Assembly: GCA_000146045.2 (NCBI GenBank)
Contig: BK006945.2
Span: 352,001-416,000, forward strand
Direction: 5' to 3'
Source: TPA_inf: Saccharomyces
Lineage: Eukaryota
DNA: 64,000 nt
Below the pieces are notes generated by a model, which saw nothing but the letters and a program-made list of their open reading frames with translations, was not told the origin of the DNA and ran no database searches. Made by a program: the position numbers and the translations under genes. Below are positions 12,116 through 22,428 of this stretch, piece by piece (position 1 is the stretch's first letter; each line of letters opens with the position of its first letter).

Positions 12116-13330
12116 ATGGGAAGTTTGTTGAGACCGGTTGATCTGGTAAATCAACCGCTTGGATTCCAAGAAAGATATAAAATTTTGCAGAAATTATTCA
12201 AGCAGCTACAAAAGGCATATGCACACACAAAAGGAACTAATATTGACCTTGAAAGACTTGCCACTCGCTTAGAAGTCCATGTTGCTAAAAACAGCTTGTC
12301 TGGTCAGAGTTACAAGTTTAACATGAGCATTTTACTGCGGGATGTGCTTAAATATAAAGGAGATCTCTCGAAGATCAAAATTAATGGGCGCCCCCTTAAA
12401 GGAGCTAAGCCTCATTTATCCTCAATTGGTAATGCAAACTCTATCACTACAAAATCAAAAGCGATGGAAGCTTTAAAGGCTCTGATTTTGGATTCGAAGG
12501 TCTTAGAGAAAAATGGGTATATTGTTAAGGAAATGCAAAATAAAACTAATGATGACAATAGTACGCAACTGTATGCACCTTGTTTGCGTTGCAGCTCAAA
12601 TTTCAAAAAAACAGACATCATGGAAAAGACTCTATGTAGGTATCACCCTTTGAAAAGAATATACAACAGAGATACCAAGAACCATCAGTATCCATGCTGT
12701 GGTGAAACTACTGATTCCGTTTCTTTTCTAAGGCTAGGATGCAAGACGTTTTTTCACCATGTGTTTAGAGGAGAATCATATGACGAGTTATGCAAAATTT
12801 CGAAGTTTTCTAGTACAGATGACATTGATGGTGTTGAGAATGTTCTTTCTCTTGACTGTGAAATGGCTTTTACATCATTGGGCTATGAGATGATACGTTT
12901 AACAATTGTGGATTTTTTCACCGGCAAGACACTATTTGATCATGTAATTCAGCCAATAGGGGATATTGTCGATCTGAATTCAGACTTCAGTGGTGTCCAT
13001 GAGATTGACCGAACCAATTGCCCGACGTACAAGGAGGCACTTGATGTTTTTTTATCCGAAAACTTAATAAATAAAAATAGTATTCTTATAGGGCACGGAC
13101 TAGAGAACGATCTGAACGTCATGAGGCTATTTCATAATAAGGTTATAGATACTGCAATACTTTATTCAAGAACAAAGTTTAAGGTTTCTTTGAAGAACTT
13201 AGCGTTTGAAGTTTTGAGTAGAAAAATCCAAAATGGCGAGCATGATAGTTCTCAAGATGCAATAGCAACGATGGACGTTGTTAAAGTCAAAATAGGTATT
13301 TCTCCAAGTCAAAACAAGTGGGAAAAATAA
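12116..13330 (+). CDS. REX3: RNA exonuclease 3, DEDDh 3'-5' exonuclease (YLR107W), 404 aa
   Basis: ATG verified at 12116. The length of 404 aa and the exonuclease motifs (DCEM..., HGLENDLNV, H-x4-D region) fit REX3. It sits between MDN1 and SNR6 as in chrXII. Confidence 0.88.
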   Translation: MGSLLRPVDLVNQPLGFQERYKILQKLFKQLQKAYAHTKGTNIDLERLATRLEVHVAKNSLSGQSYKFNMSILLRDVLKYKGDLSKIKINGRPLKGAKPHLSSIGNANSITTKSKAMEALKALILDSKVLEKNGYIVKEMQNKTNDDNSTQLYAPCLRCSSNFKKTDIMEKTLCRYHPLKRIYNRDTKNHQYPCCGETTDSVSFLRLGCKTFFHHVFRGESYDELCKISKFSSTDDIDGVENVLSLDCEMAFTSLGYEMIRLTIVDFFTGKTLFDHVIQPIGDIVDLNSDFSGVHEIDRTNCPTYKEALDVFLSENLINKNSILIGHGLENDLNVMRLFHNKVIDTAILYSRTKFKVSLKNLAFEVLSRKIQNGEHDSSQDAIATMDVVKVKIGISPSQNKWEK

Positions 13331-14204
13331 TGTGATCATATTCAAAGTTGAGCAGACATATATAGTTATTACATTTCATACGGTTCACATGAGTTTTATT
13401 AAGTAATTACGTTAAGAAACAACATGATAAAAGTAATGATTTCGTATTGCTTTCCTATTTTCTGTATTTAAGCGAACAATAATAATGCACCTTTTCAATA
13501 TCTGAATATTAAAATATCGTGAAATTGGGTTCAGGATGTACCAAACTTGATGATAGCTGAAGCACCATAATCCTATTTAAAGAAGTACCTGTTATCCGTC
13601 AGTAATTACCAGAACAAGTTAATTTTAAGTTTAATCTAAAAAAGTATTGCATGCGGCATTAAAAGACAACATAAAACATCTAAACGGTAAAGTATGATCG
13701 ATAATTCTCCATAATAGTTCTGTTATTTATAATCTCCAGCACTAATAAATGCTATACGTATATTTGTACACAATATAATTTCAGAATTTATATTGCTACC
13801 ATGACTGTCTGAGAATTGGGGGAATAACTTGATAATTGTTGGGATTCCATTGTTCGTAAACGCAATAATATTAGGTATATAGAAGATACTAAATGTTCTC
13901 TCCGAGGATATAGGAATGCTCACAATGGAATCGATATATTTCTACATAATAGTATTGAGATTATTCCTCTTTTAGTTTTATATAATTCATTATCCTATTA
14001 CATTATCAATCCTTGCATTTCAGCTTCCATTAGACTTAATGACTGTTTCTCAATTTTTATGTCATCTTCCTGGACCTCATGTGATACTATACCAGTAGCA
14101 TGAATACTACTGAATCGATGATACTTTAGAGTTTCATTGCAACAGTTTCAACACAGCCTGGCATGAACAGTGGTAAAAGTATTTCGTCCACTATTTTCGG
14201 CTAC

Positions 14205-14212
14205 TATAAATA
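14205..14212 (+). promoter_or_regulatory. TATA box of SNR6 (TATAAATA) about 30 bp upstream of U6 +1
   Basis: The sequence tataaata lies 23 bp before the U6 5' end at 14235, matching the known upstream TATA of yeast SNR6. Confidence 0.7.
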
Positions 14213-14234
14213 AATGTTTTTTTCGCAACTATGT

Positions 14235-14346
14235 GTTCGCGAAGTAACCCTTCGTGGACATTTGGTCAATTTGAAACAATACAGAGATGATCAGCAGTTC
14301 CCCTGCATAAGGATGAACCGTTTTACAAAGAGATTTATTTCGTTTT
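14235..14346 (+). ncRNA. SNR6: U6 spliceosomal snRNA gene (112 nt, Pol III)
   Basis: The sequence reads GTTCGCGAAGTAACCCTTCGTGGACATTTGGTCAATTTGAAACAATACAGAGATGATCAGCAGTTCCCCTGCATAAGGATGAACCGTTTTACAAAGAGATTTATTTCGTTTT. This matches yeast U6, including the invariant ACAGAGA and AGC-triad region, and is followed by a T10 tract. Confidence 0.95.
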
Positions 14347-14352
14347 TTTTTT
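14343..14352 (+). terminator. Pol III terminator T-tract (T10) for SNR6
   Basis: Ten consecutive T residues end the U6 sequence. Confidence 0.85.
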
Positions 14353-14466
14353 ATCATCGAGTGAAGTATCGTGACTTGTACATTTGAAGATACCCAGCGT
14401 ACAGCAGTGTATCTTTATCTTCCTGTATGATATAGATAACTAACATCTCGAATAGAAAATTGTCTC

Positions 14467-14477
14467 GCGTTCGAACC
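14467..14477 (+). promoter_or_regulatory. Downstream extragenic B-box-like element of SNR6 (GCGTTCGAACC), TFIIIC site
   Basis: GTTCGAACC lies at +233..+243 relative to U6 +1. That is the known unusual position of the SNR6 B block, about 120 bp after the terminator. Confidence 0.7.
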
Positions 14478-14666
14478 TAAGCCTTTGCTATCGGTTGAAC
14501 ATAGAAGACCGCGTGATTCATTTTAGTGCGTAAGAATGCTATTAGTACTTATGTGCTTTATGAATGTGAATATTGTTACAGCTATGCAATGGTACGATCA
14601 TACTCTGAACGATCCATTTAAATTATATATGTCAAACAGAAGAGAAAGGTTTTTTTATTGAAGATT

Positions 14667-16124
14667 TCACAGAAAATCAATCATTTTGCAATATTCCTTC
14701 GTCCCAGAGAAGGTTTCGGCTTTTACAGCAACGAGAATGATTCTTCCATTATTTGTACCTAGCTTCCACATGGATTTCGATAAGTGTAGTTTCAAACCAT
14801 GAACGCAATTCAAAACTTTCAAATTGGTGCAATCCAAGACCCTCCCTTTACATTTGGAGTCGTTAACTAATGAGAAAATATTACAGCATTTTGCGCCATT
14901 TACCGTCAAGTCACAAATGGAGACACATGCAGGAATAATTAAGTGGGATTCAACTTGCATTTGACTGTCACGAAGTTTGACCTTATATTCGGACAGATCA
15001 ATTTTAAAATCTGGGTTTTCCAATAAAACATCCGAGAACTTGTTTTCAAACAACACTGCAGCCTCTCTGGATAGGTCTACATGAACAGTCTTATTCTTTT
15101 TGTTGAATATTATTTTGCACTGGTTAGAGTGTAATTGGAAAATAAGATCGTGCGAAACTGTATCGATATAAGGCCTTTGGTATTTTAACATGCTCCAGTG
15201 TCTTTCAATACAATGTTTTACCTTTTTTGTTGGAGGTTCATATTCATCATTGTTGCCTGAATCAGTCTCGGTTTTATGAAATCCAGTAGCGGCTTTTTCA
15301 CCCTCAGTTCCATTGAGACAACTGCTTACCGCTAAAGATTGGTTTCCGGTATGAAGTGATGTTAACCTTTCAATGGTTACACCCTTCTTGGAGACGCTAT
15401 CAAGAGCTATGCAAACTTCTTGACAATTAGTTAAGGGATTATATATAATTTTTGCCCGCACTAATTCCTGCTCCAACCTGTTGAGACGGTAATAACGACA
15501 CTCTTTTATCAGAGATGCGGTTCTTTCCTCAGACAGTTCTAATTTGGAACCGCCCAGTAAAGATAATATATCTCGGAAAAATTCTGGGGACCTTGCAATA
15601 TATGAGGGTGGTAATAAAGGTGGAAAGCCCGGCTTCTTATTTGACTCCCACTTCTCAATTTCCTCATAAGATATGCGAGAAATCGTTTCAAAATAGTTCA
15701 ACCGGTTCCCTTCTTCATGGAATAATGATTTTGGTACCTTAAAGGGAACACCTCCAATATTAGTGAAGTGGTAGTCGTATTCTTTTATGAGTTTAACTAA
15801 CTTGGGTAACTGAAAATATAATGCGTCCGCGAAAAGACAGGTAAATTGTACTTCGTTCTTAATATCGGGAAAATAACCTTGTAAATGTCTGTATATTATG
15901 ATGAACACGTCTTCCGATCTATCAACAAATAGAATCGTATTTTTATCGTGCGTATTGAAGAATTGGGTGAAAAAATTGGGCGCATCCGAATTCAATGTAG
16001 CACCTGAGATCTCAAATAGCTTTTGGCCAATCCTAATCTTGAAAACTTCATGGTTTGGTAAAAGCTCGGGGGTAGTTTCTAACTCTTTTGTATAAACCAC
16101 GATCTCGCCCTTTTGGCCAGACAT
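14667..16124 (-). CDS. Uncharacterised protein YLR108C, 485 aa, with N-terminal BTB/POZ (KCTD T1-like) domain
   Basis: ATG verified (reverse complement of 16122-16124). The N-terminus (FKIRIGQKLFEISGATL...ILFVDRSEDVFIIIYRHLQGYFP...LFADALYFQLPKL) follows the T1/BTB tetramerisation-domain pattern. The length matches YLR108C. Confidence 0.8.
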   Translation of the reverse strand: MSGQKGEIVVYTKELETTPELLPNHEVFKIRIGQKLFEISGATLNSDAPNFFTQFFNTHDKNTILFVDRSEDVFIIIYRHLQGYFPDIKNEVQFTCLFADALYFQLPKLVKLIKEYDYHFTNIGGVPFKVPKSLFHEEGNRLNYFETISRISYEEIEKWESNKKPGFPPLLPPSYIARSPEFFRDILSLLGGSKLELSEERTASLIKECRYYRLNRLEQELVRAKIIYNPLTNCQEVCIALDSVSKKGVTIERLTSLHTGNQSLAVSSCLNGTEGEKAATGFHKTETDSGNNDEYEPPTKKVKHCIERHWSMLKYQRPYIDTVSHDLIFQLHSNQCKIIFNKKNKTVHVDLSREAAVLFENKFSDVLLENPDFKIDLSEYKVKLRDSQMQVESHLIIPACVSICDLTVNGAKCCNIFSLVNDSKCKGRVLDCTNLKVLNCVHGLKLHLSKSMWKLGTNNGRIILVAVKAETFSGTKEYCKMIDFL

Positions 16125-16286
16125 CTGATATGAGCGTGCGTGTGAGTGACTTTACACTTGTCTATCCACGTCCTGAAGTTGTTCGTGTTCTTTGGATATT
16201 CGTGTTCAAGCTAATAATGAGCCTTTAAGGTAATACAATTTATAAACCACCACCTTGGCCTCGATCTATTGCGCTTATGTTGTCTA

Positions 16287-16293
16287 TTAGTAA
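16287..16293 (+). promoter_or_regulatory. Candidate Yap1 response element TTAGTAA in the AHP1 promoter
   Basis: There is an exact TTA(C/G)TAA match about 490 bp upstream of the AHP1 ATG. AHP1 is a known Yap1 target. A CCCCT STRE lies at 16323-16327. Confidence 0.4.
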
Positions 16294-16780
16294 TCAAGAA
16301 AAGAACCCTAAATCATCGGCGTCCCCTGTGGGGCTCTCGGAAAAACCGGTCCTGACGTCACTGAAAAGATTTCGGCACATGGTCATGGGACCAGAGAAAA
16401 ATTAATCCGACATGTGGAATATTTCCTTCCGTTAAGGTAGTGAGCGCGGATTTTTTCTGATTTGTAATTATACGGGGAGCTCTGGCCAAAAAGGTCAGTA
16501 TTTGGTGATGAAGTTGAATATCATCTTTTGATTTTCTTCTGTATCATTCTTTTTCTTTTTCCACACCCCTTCCGGACGGTATTCACATATTGTTGAGAGG
16601 TTAAATGAAAAATAAAGGGGTGGAAAATTAAGGACGAGATGTAAGGGAAAAGCATAAACGAAACATTATATAAAGGAGCACAATTTCCTCTCCCTTGCCA
16701 ATTGTGCATATACCGTTTCTTTATAACGAAATTTCAACAAACCAGAACAACACAAGTACTACCAATAACCACAACAAAAC

Positions 16781-17311
16781 ATGTCTGACTTAGTTAACAA
16801 GAAATTCCCAGCTGGCGACTACAAATTCCAATACATTGCTATCAGCCAAAGTGATGCTGACAGTGAATCTTGTAAGATGCCACAAACAGTTGAATGGTCC
16901 AAATTAATTTCTGAAAACAAGAAGGTTATCATTACCGGTGCTCCAGCTGCTTTCTCCCCAACCTGTACTGTCAGCCATATTCCAGGTTACATCAACTACT
17001 TGGATGAATTAGTTAAGGAAAAGGAAGTTGACCAAGTGATCGTTGTTACTGTTGACAACCCGTTCGCTAACCAAGCGTGGGCTAAGAGTTTAGGTGTTAA
17101 GGACACCACACACATCAAGTTTGCCTCCGACCCAGGCTGTGCTTTCACCAAATCCATTGGTTTCGAATTAGCCGTCGGTGACGGTGTTTACTGGAGTGGT
17201 AGATGGGCCATGGTTGTTGAAAACGGTATCGTTACTTACGCTGCCAAGGAAACCAACCCAGGTACCGATGTGACCGTTTCCTCAGTCGAAAGTGTCTTGG
17301 CTCATTTGTAG
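16781..17311 (+). CDS. AHP1: Alkyl hydroperoxide reductase, Prx5-type thiol peroxidase (YLR109W), 176 aa
   Basis: ATG at 16781. The protein MSDLVNKKFPAGDYKFQYIAI...PTCTVSHIPGY... carries a peroxidatic Cys in a PTCT context. Length and sequence match Ahp1. Confidence 0.93.
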   Translation: MSDLVNKKFPAGDYKFQYIAISQSDADSESCKMPQTVEWSKLISENKKVIITGAPAAFSPTCTVSHIPGYINYLDELVKEKEVDQVIVVTVDNPFANQAWAKSLGVKDTTHIKFASDPGCAFTKSIGFELAVGDGVYWSGRWAMVVENGIVTYAAKETNPGTDVTVSSVESVLAHL

Positions 17312-17696
17312 ATGCTATGTAATAGACAATAAAACCATGTTTATATAAAAAAAATTCAAAATAGAAAACGATTCTGTACAAGGAGTATTTTTTTTTTGTT
17401 CTAGTGTGTTTATATTATCCTTGGCTAAGAGGCACTGCGTATACTTCAAGGTACCCCTGTGTTTTGAAAAAAAACAACAGTAAAATAGGAACTCCGCGAG
17501 GTTCAGGAACCTGAAACAAAATCAATAAAAACATTATATGCGTTTCGAACAAAATTAAAGAAAAAGAATAAATATAGATTAAAAAAAAAAAGAAGAAATT
17601 AAAAGAATTTCTACTAAATCCCAATTGTTATATATTTGTTAAATGCCAAAAAAGTTTATAAAAAATTTAGAATGTATAAATAATAATAAACTAAGT

Positions 17697-18098
17697 TTAC
17701 AACAACAAAGCAGCGGCACCAGCCAACAAAGCACCAGCAGCTGGCAAAGCCTTAGCAGCAGCACCAGTGTAAGAGGTGACAGAGTGAGTTGGAGCAGCAG
17801 AGGTGGTGTTCTTTGGAGCTTCAGTAGAGGTAACTGGAGCAGCAGTAGAAGTACCGTTCTTTGGGGCTTCAGTGGTCAATGGGCACCAGGTGGTGTATTG
17901 AGTGATAACGTCATCGACGGTGACGGTAGCGGTGGAAACCAAAGCTGGGGAGACAGTTTCAGAACAGACGTGGTCTTCACAAGAAGTGATGGTGACCAAA
18001 GTGGTAGATTCTTGGCTGACAGTAGCAGTGGTAACGTTAGCAGCGGCAGAAGCGACAGCGGCGACAGCGGCGATAGAAGCGACAGTAGAAAATTGCAT
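17697..18098 (-). CDS. CCW12: GPI-anchored cell-wall mannoprotein (YLR110C), 133 aa
   Basis: ATG verified. It has a signal peptide (MQFSTVASIAAVAAVASA), Ser/Thr/Ala-rich repeats (TTEAPKNGTSTAAPVTSTEAPKNTTSAAP) and a C-terminal hydrophobic GPI signal. The plus-strand ORFs 17643-18104 and 17902-18135 are antisense shadows. Confidence 0.92.
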   Translation of the reverse strand: MQFSTVASIAAVAAVASAAANVTTATVSQESTTLVTITSCEDHVCSETVSPALVSTATVTVDDVITQYTTWCPLTTEAPKNGTSTAAPVTSTEAPKNTTSAAPTHSVTSYTGAAAKALPAAGALLAGAAALLL

Positions 18099-18390
18099 TA
18101 TTGATATAGTGTTTAAGCGAATGACAGAAGATTAATTTCTTGGTATGTTAGGAAAGAATAAAGGAGAATAAGAATAATTAGAACAATGTAGGATGGAAAG
18201 AAAGATTATCAAGCATGCCGACTTTATATACTTGAACGGAGGCAAAGGATGCAAAATTTTCTCACATTTCTTTCTGCCGTTATGTTGGAAGTAAGACTCC
18301 CATTATCGCAATACTGCAACACGAATATGCAAAATTTGCTGAGTTATCGCAGATAGTTGTTGCAAAGATAGCGGCGTAGGTGGCCGCGAA

Positions 18391-18723
18391 ATGGGGAATT
18401 CCAAAACAAACGGTTTTTTTACTCCTGAGAAATACTTGTACGGGATAATCCAGGGCCTACCACCCACGCTTCGAGGATTGGCTTTTATTTTTTTTTTTTT
18501 GGTGGCGTTTTATTTCTTTCCCGCTTTCTGGGACTTGTGCGGAGTTTTGAGAGGGGCGCGCGGCAAAGGATTCCCAAAACGGAAATCAGACGCCAATAGC
18601 CAGCACTCAAAGCAGTTCTGGACCCATTCCGATTTTCCCATTTGGTTCTTGCGCGTGCTGATTCCGACACGCGCGTCTATAAATAGCATGAAGTATCCGC
18701 ACACCGCAGCGTTAGTGAGGTGA
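18391..18723 (+). CDS. Dubious ORF YLR111W (110 aa), probably non-coding and lying in the CCW12 promoter region
   Basis: It has an ATG start, but the composition is low-complexity and the sequence is not protein-like. A TATAAATA lies at ~18679 and poly-T tracts are present. It overlaps antisense ORFs. Confidence 0.15.
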   Translation: MGNSKTNGFFTPEKYLYGIIQGLPPTLRGLAFIFFFLVAFYFFPAFWDLCGVLRGARGKGFPKRKSDANSQHSKQFWTHSDFPIWFLRVLIPTRASINSMKYPHTAALVR

Positions 18724-18790
18724 GGGTGGCAGCAAGCTAATTCCCGCATCTGGAATCTGAACTGCCCCTTTTGGACTAACCGTGTGGTTC

Positions 18791-19210
18791 ATGGGTGGGC
18801 GAAGTGCGCAACCTCGAAGGTTTTCTTTTGCGTGTCGGATTTTACATCCGGCGGTAGCGCATGATGCCATGGCTGGCTCCAGATACATCCTCAGGGCACC
18901 AGCATCTATAATTAGATTGGCGCAACATGGCTGGCTGCACTGCTGTCTTCACTTCTTTCTTTTTCCGGCAATGAATGATGTATGTTTTGTGGCAAAAGGG
19001 TCCGCATTGTACCTGTTTACAGTTGAGATTATCGTTTTTGGTAGCCCTTCATTACGGCATAACGTATTAAGTTTCTTTTATTTTGCTTTGCCCTGGTTTA
19101 AAAGACAATGTCGATTAAAAGTTAATTTTAATCGATTGAAGGAAATAAGAGGAATAGCGCAAGTTGTTAGGAAAGCGTTCTTTATCTCCAAGACTTTGCC
19201 CTGTATATAA
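18791..19210 (+). CDS. Dubious ORF YLR112W (139 aa from the first ATG)
   Basis: The track ORF begins at GTG 18782 and the first ATG is at 18791. The sequence is not protein-like and sits in the CCW12-HOG1 intergenic region. Confidence 0.15.
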   Translation: MGGRSAQPRRFSFACRILHPAVAHDAMAGSRYILRAPASIIRLAQHGWLHCCLHFFLFPAMNDVCFVAKGSALYLFTVEIIVFGSPSLRHNVLSFFYFALPWFKRQCRLKVNFNRLKEIRGIAQVVRKAFFISKTLPCI

Positions 19211-19619
19211 TTAAACACCTCAAAGCGCTTCGTCATGGATGGAGATTATTCGGCATTTTGACATACAGGAGTGCCACATGCGAAAGCGGAGTGGGCGTAT
19301 TCTCTGGTTACCCTACATGGTCTGGCGGCGTTATTATACGGGAGGATCTTCGAAGGGAAGGAAGGAAAAAAAAAAAGAAAAGGCCAACGAAAAGCAAATA
19401 TTATCTATCGTCGAAATTATCATACTATCTTACAATAAGAGTAGTAATTACTTTCTTGTTTGTATAGTGGAAGAGGAATTTGCGATAATAATAGCAAAAG
19501 TAACTAATCTCTAACAAGAAACCTTATTTATTTTCTCTTTCTTCTATATTGGTAAATACTAGACTCGAAAAAAAGGAACAAAGGGAAAACAGGGAAAACT
19601 ACAACTATCGTATATAATA

Positions 19620-20927
19620 ATGACCACTAACGAGGAATTCATTAGGACACAGATATTCGGTACAGTTTTCGAGATCACAAATAGATACAATGATTTAAAC
19701 CCCGTTGGGATGGGGGCATTTGGGTTGGTTTGCTCAGCCACGGACACTTTGACATCTCAGCCAGTTGCCATTAAGAAAATCATGAAACCTTTTTCCACTG
19801 CAGTGCTGGCCAAAAGGACATATCGTGAACTAAAACTACTAAAACATCTAAGACACGAGAACTTGATTTGCCTTCAGGACATATTTCTTTCTCCATTGGA
19901 AGATATATATTTTGTCACGGAATTACAAGGAACAGATTTACATAGACTCTTGCAAACAAGACCCTTGGAAAAGCAATTTGTTCAGTATTTCCTATACCAA
20001 ATTCTAAGGGGTTTAAAATACGTTCACTCCGCGGGCGTCATTCATAGAGATTTGAAACCGAGCAACATTCTGATTAATGAAAACTGTGATTTGAAGATTT
20101 GCGATTTCGGTCTAGCAAGAATTCAAGACCCTCAAATGACAGGCTATGTTTCCACTAGATACTACAGGGCACCTGAAATCATGCTAACGTGGCAAAAATA
20201 TGACGTCGAGGTCGACATTTGGTCCGCTGGTTGTATTTTTGCCGAAATGATTGAAGGTAAGCCTTTGTTCCCTGGGAAAGATCATGTTCACCAATTTTCG
20301 ATCATCACTGACTTGTTGGGATCTCCGCCAAAGGATGTGATAAATACTATTTGTTCCGAAAATACTCTAAAATTTGTTACTTCGTTACCACACAGAGATC
20401 CAATTCCATTTTCTGAAAGATTTAAAACAGTCGAACCTGATGCCGTAGACCTTTTGGAAAAAATGCTGGTTTTTGATCCTAAGAAGAGAATCACTGCGGC
20501 GGATGCCTTGGCTCATCCTTATTCGGCTCCTTACCACGATCCAACGGATGAACCAGTAGCCGATGCCAAGTTCGATTGGCACTTTAATGACGCTGATCTG
20601 CCTGTCGATACCTGGCGTGTTATGATGTACTCAGAAATCCTAGACTTCCATAAGATTGGTGGCAGTGATGGACAGATTGATATATCTGCCACGTTTGATG
20701 ACCAAGTTGCTGCAGCCACCGCTGCCGCGGCGCAGGCACAGGCTCAGGCTCAGGCTCAAGTTCAGTTAAACATGGCTGCGCATTCGCATAATGGCGCTGG
20801 CACTACTGGAAATGATCACTCAGATATAGCTGGTGGAAACAAAGTCAGCGATCATGTAGCTGCAAATGACACCATTACGGACTACGGTAACCAGGCCATA
20901 CAGTACGCTAATGAGTTCCAACAGTAA
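19620..20927 (+). CDS. HOG1: Osmostress MAP kinase Hog1 (YLR113W), 435 aa
   Basis: The full kinase domain is present, with GMGAFGLV (Gly loop), [11 protein letters not shown] and the activation-loop TGY in [14 protein letters not shown]. The C-terminal (AQ)n tract is also present. Length and sequence match Hog1. Confidence 0.97.
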   Translation: MTTNEEFIRTQIFGTVFEITNRYNDLNPVGMGAFGLVCSATDTLTSQPVAIKKIMKPFSTAVLAKRTYRELKLLKHLRHENLICLQDIFLSPLEDIYFVTELQGTDLHRLLQTRPLEKQFVQYFLYQILRGLKYVHSAGVIHRDLKPSNILINENCDLKICDFGLARIQDPQMTGYVSTRYYRAPEIMLTWQKYDVEVDIWSAGCIFAEMIEGKPLFPGKDHVHQFSIITDLLGSPPKDVINTICSENTLKFVTSLPHRDPIPFSERFKTVEPDAVDLLEKMLVFDPKKRITAADALAHPYSAPYHDPTDEPVADAKFDWHFNDADLPVDTWRVMMYSEILDFHKIGGSDGQIDISATFDDQVAAATAAAAQAQAQAQAQVQLNMAAHSHNGAGTTGNDHSDIAGGNKVSDHVAANDTITDYGNQAIQYANEFQQ

Positions 20928-21998
20928 ACGTGTTTTTTTAATGTCCCTAACCACTCATTCTTACTTCTTTTTGATGTTTCTTTTTTTTATGGTACTCATA
21001 AAAGTATTTACGTATATAGTTGTATAGAGGAAACAAAAAAAAAAAGATAAAACTCAATTACAAAGTAAAGTGGACGTATTTCGATCATGATTTTTTTCTG
21101 TTTTAACCGCATTGGATTTTCTTGTAAAACTGGAAGAAAAAGGAAACTAAAAAGTCAAGAAAGACCTTTTTAAGACTCCAAGAACCGTCACTTATGGCGT
21201 ATTGTTTGTTTATCAGCACTTCTATCTTCGATAAAGGTTTGTCTGTCTTATATTGTTTACATTTCAAGTCTAATTCTGTGCTTTTACCGAAGAGGAATTT
21301 TCATAAATACGGAGAAAATATAAAAAAAAAGTAAATACAGAAAATAGAACAGTTGAAGCAGAAAAAGAGAACTTGCTAAATAGCTGTCTCACCCAGACAA
21401 GCGTATACTTACCACATTTAGTCTTTTGCAATCTCATTCTTGTTGAAGATAACTATTACATTCACGGACTGTGGCAGAAACTTCTCCTTAAGAAATTAGG
21501 AACTCATAAAAGGAATCAGCAGCTCTATGTAATATCAAAATCTTTTCTATTTTTTGTATTTATGCTCTCATTCATTAATTCTAACGGAGCTATTTATTAT
21601 AAACAGTGAAGATATAAACCATATGTCTAATAGAACAAATTTCAAAAAGTCTTCAATTTCGTGGATGTGGGAATGCATTTATTAAAAATAATGAATGGCA
21701 ACATACGACACCAAAATAGGAACACTTTCAGTACTATACAGAACTACGGATCTTAGTTTATTGAGTTTTGAGAAATAGGTTGATATGGAGACAATTTCTT
21801 AGCGTTATTAGAGGTTATAAGTATACAGAATAACCTACGAGTAGTCCTCAAGAAGATAAGACTCTGCAAAAGGTATCAATAATTTTACTTAATCATAGCA
21901 CTATTTCTTCTTTCGCTTTGTACAGCAGCTCATATATTCCATTACATTATCAATTCTTACATCGTAGCATAAAACACTAAGATTCAAAAATAGAAAAC

Positions 21999-22338
21999 TG
22001 TTGTATCTCAAAATGAGATACGTCAGTATGACAATACGTCATCCTAAACGTTCATAAAACACATATGAAACAACCTTATAACAAAACGAACAACATGAGA
22101 CAAAACCCGTCCTTCCCTAGCTGAACTACCCAAAAGTATAAATGCCTGAACAATTAGTTTAGATCCGAGATTCCGCGCTTCCACCACTTAGTATGATTCA
22201 TATTTTATATAATATATAAGATAAGTAACATCCGTGAGTTAATCTGATAAACCGTTTTGACAACTGGTAACTTCCCTAAGACTGTTTATATTAGGATTGT
22301 CAAGACACTCCGGTATTACTCGAGCCCGTAATAAAACA
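21999..22338 (+). mobile_element. Ty3 sigma solo LTR (340 bp) with a 5-bp AAAAC target-site duplication
   Basis: It starts TGTTGTATCTCAAAATGAGATA... and ends ...CTCGAGCCCGTAATAAAACA, the sigma consensus with a slightly degenerate 3' inverted repeat. AAAAC lies at 21994-21998 and again at 22339-22343. The 3' end is 16 bp from the tRNA 5' end, the classic Ty3 integration position. Confidence 0.85.
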
Positions 22339-22354
22339 AAAACAATAAATCTTG

Positions 22355-22427
22355 TTCCTCGTGGCCCAATGGTCACGGCGTCTGGCTACGAACCAGAAGA
22401 TTCCAGGTTCAAGTCCTGGCGGGGAAG
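22355..22427 (+). tRNA. tRNA-Arg, anticodon ACG, 73 nt
   Basis: The sequence is TTCCTCGTGGCCCAATGGTCACGGCGTCTGGCTACGAACCAGAAGATTCCAGGTTCAAGTCCTGGCGGGGAAG. It has a 7-bp acceptor stem, an A box TGGCCCAATGG, a B box GGTTCAAGTCC and an anticodon loop CT-ACG-AA. Confidence 0.93.
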
Positions 22428-22428
22428 A

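Noticed and set aside
14455-14520. A GGTTCGAAC-type motif that first looked like the T-arm of a minus-strand tRNA
   Set aside because: No acceptor, D or anticodon stems can be folded around it. Its position at +233 from U6 +1 identifies it as the known downstream B box of SNR6.
17643-18135. Plus-strand ORFs (153 aa and 77 aa) overlapping CCW12
   Set aside because: They are antisense frame shadows of the GC-rich Ala/Ser/Thr codon repeats of CCW12 and give low-complexity translations. The minus-strand ORF matches the known cell-wall protein.
21770-21998. A possible second LTR remnant (delta or tau) just upstream of the sigma element
   Set aside because: I could not recognise delta, tau or omega termini (TGTTGGAATA...TTCTCA type) by eye. 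A BLAST against Ty LTRs would be needed.
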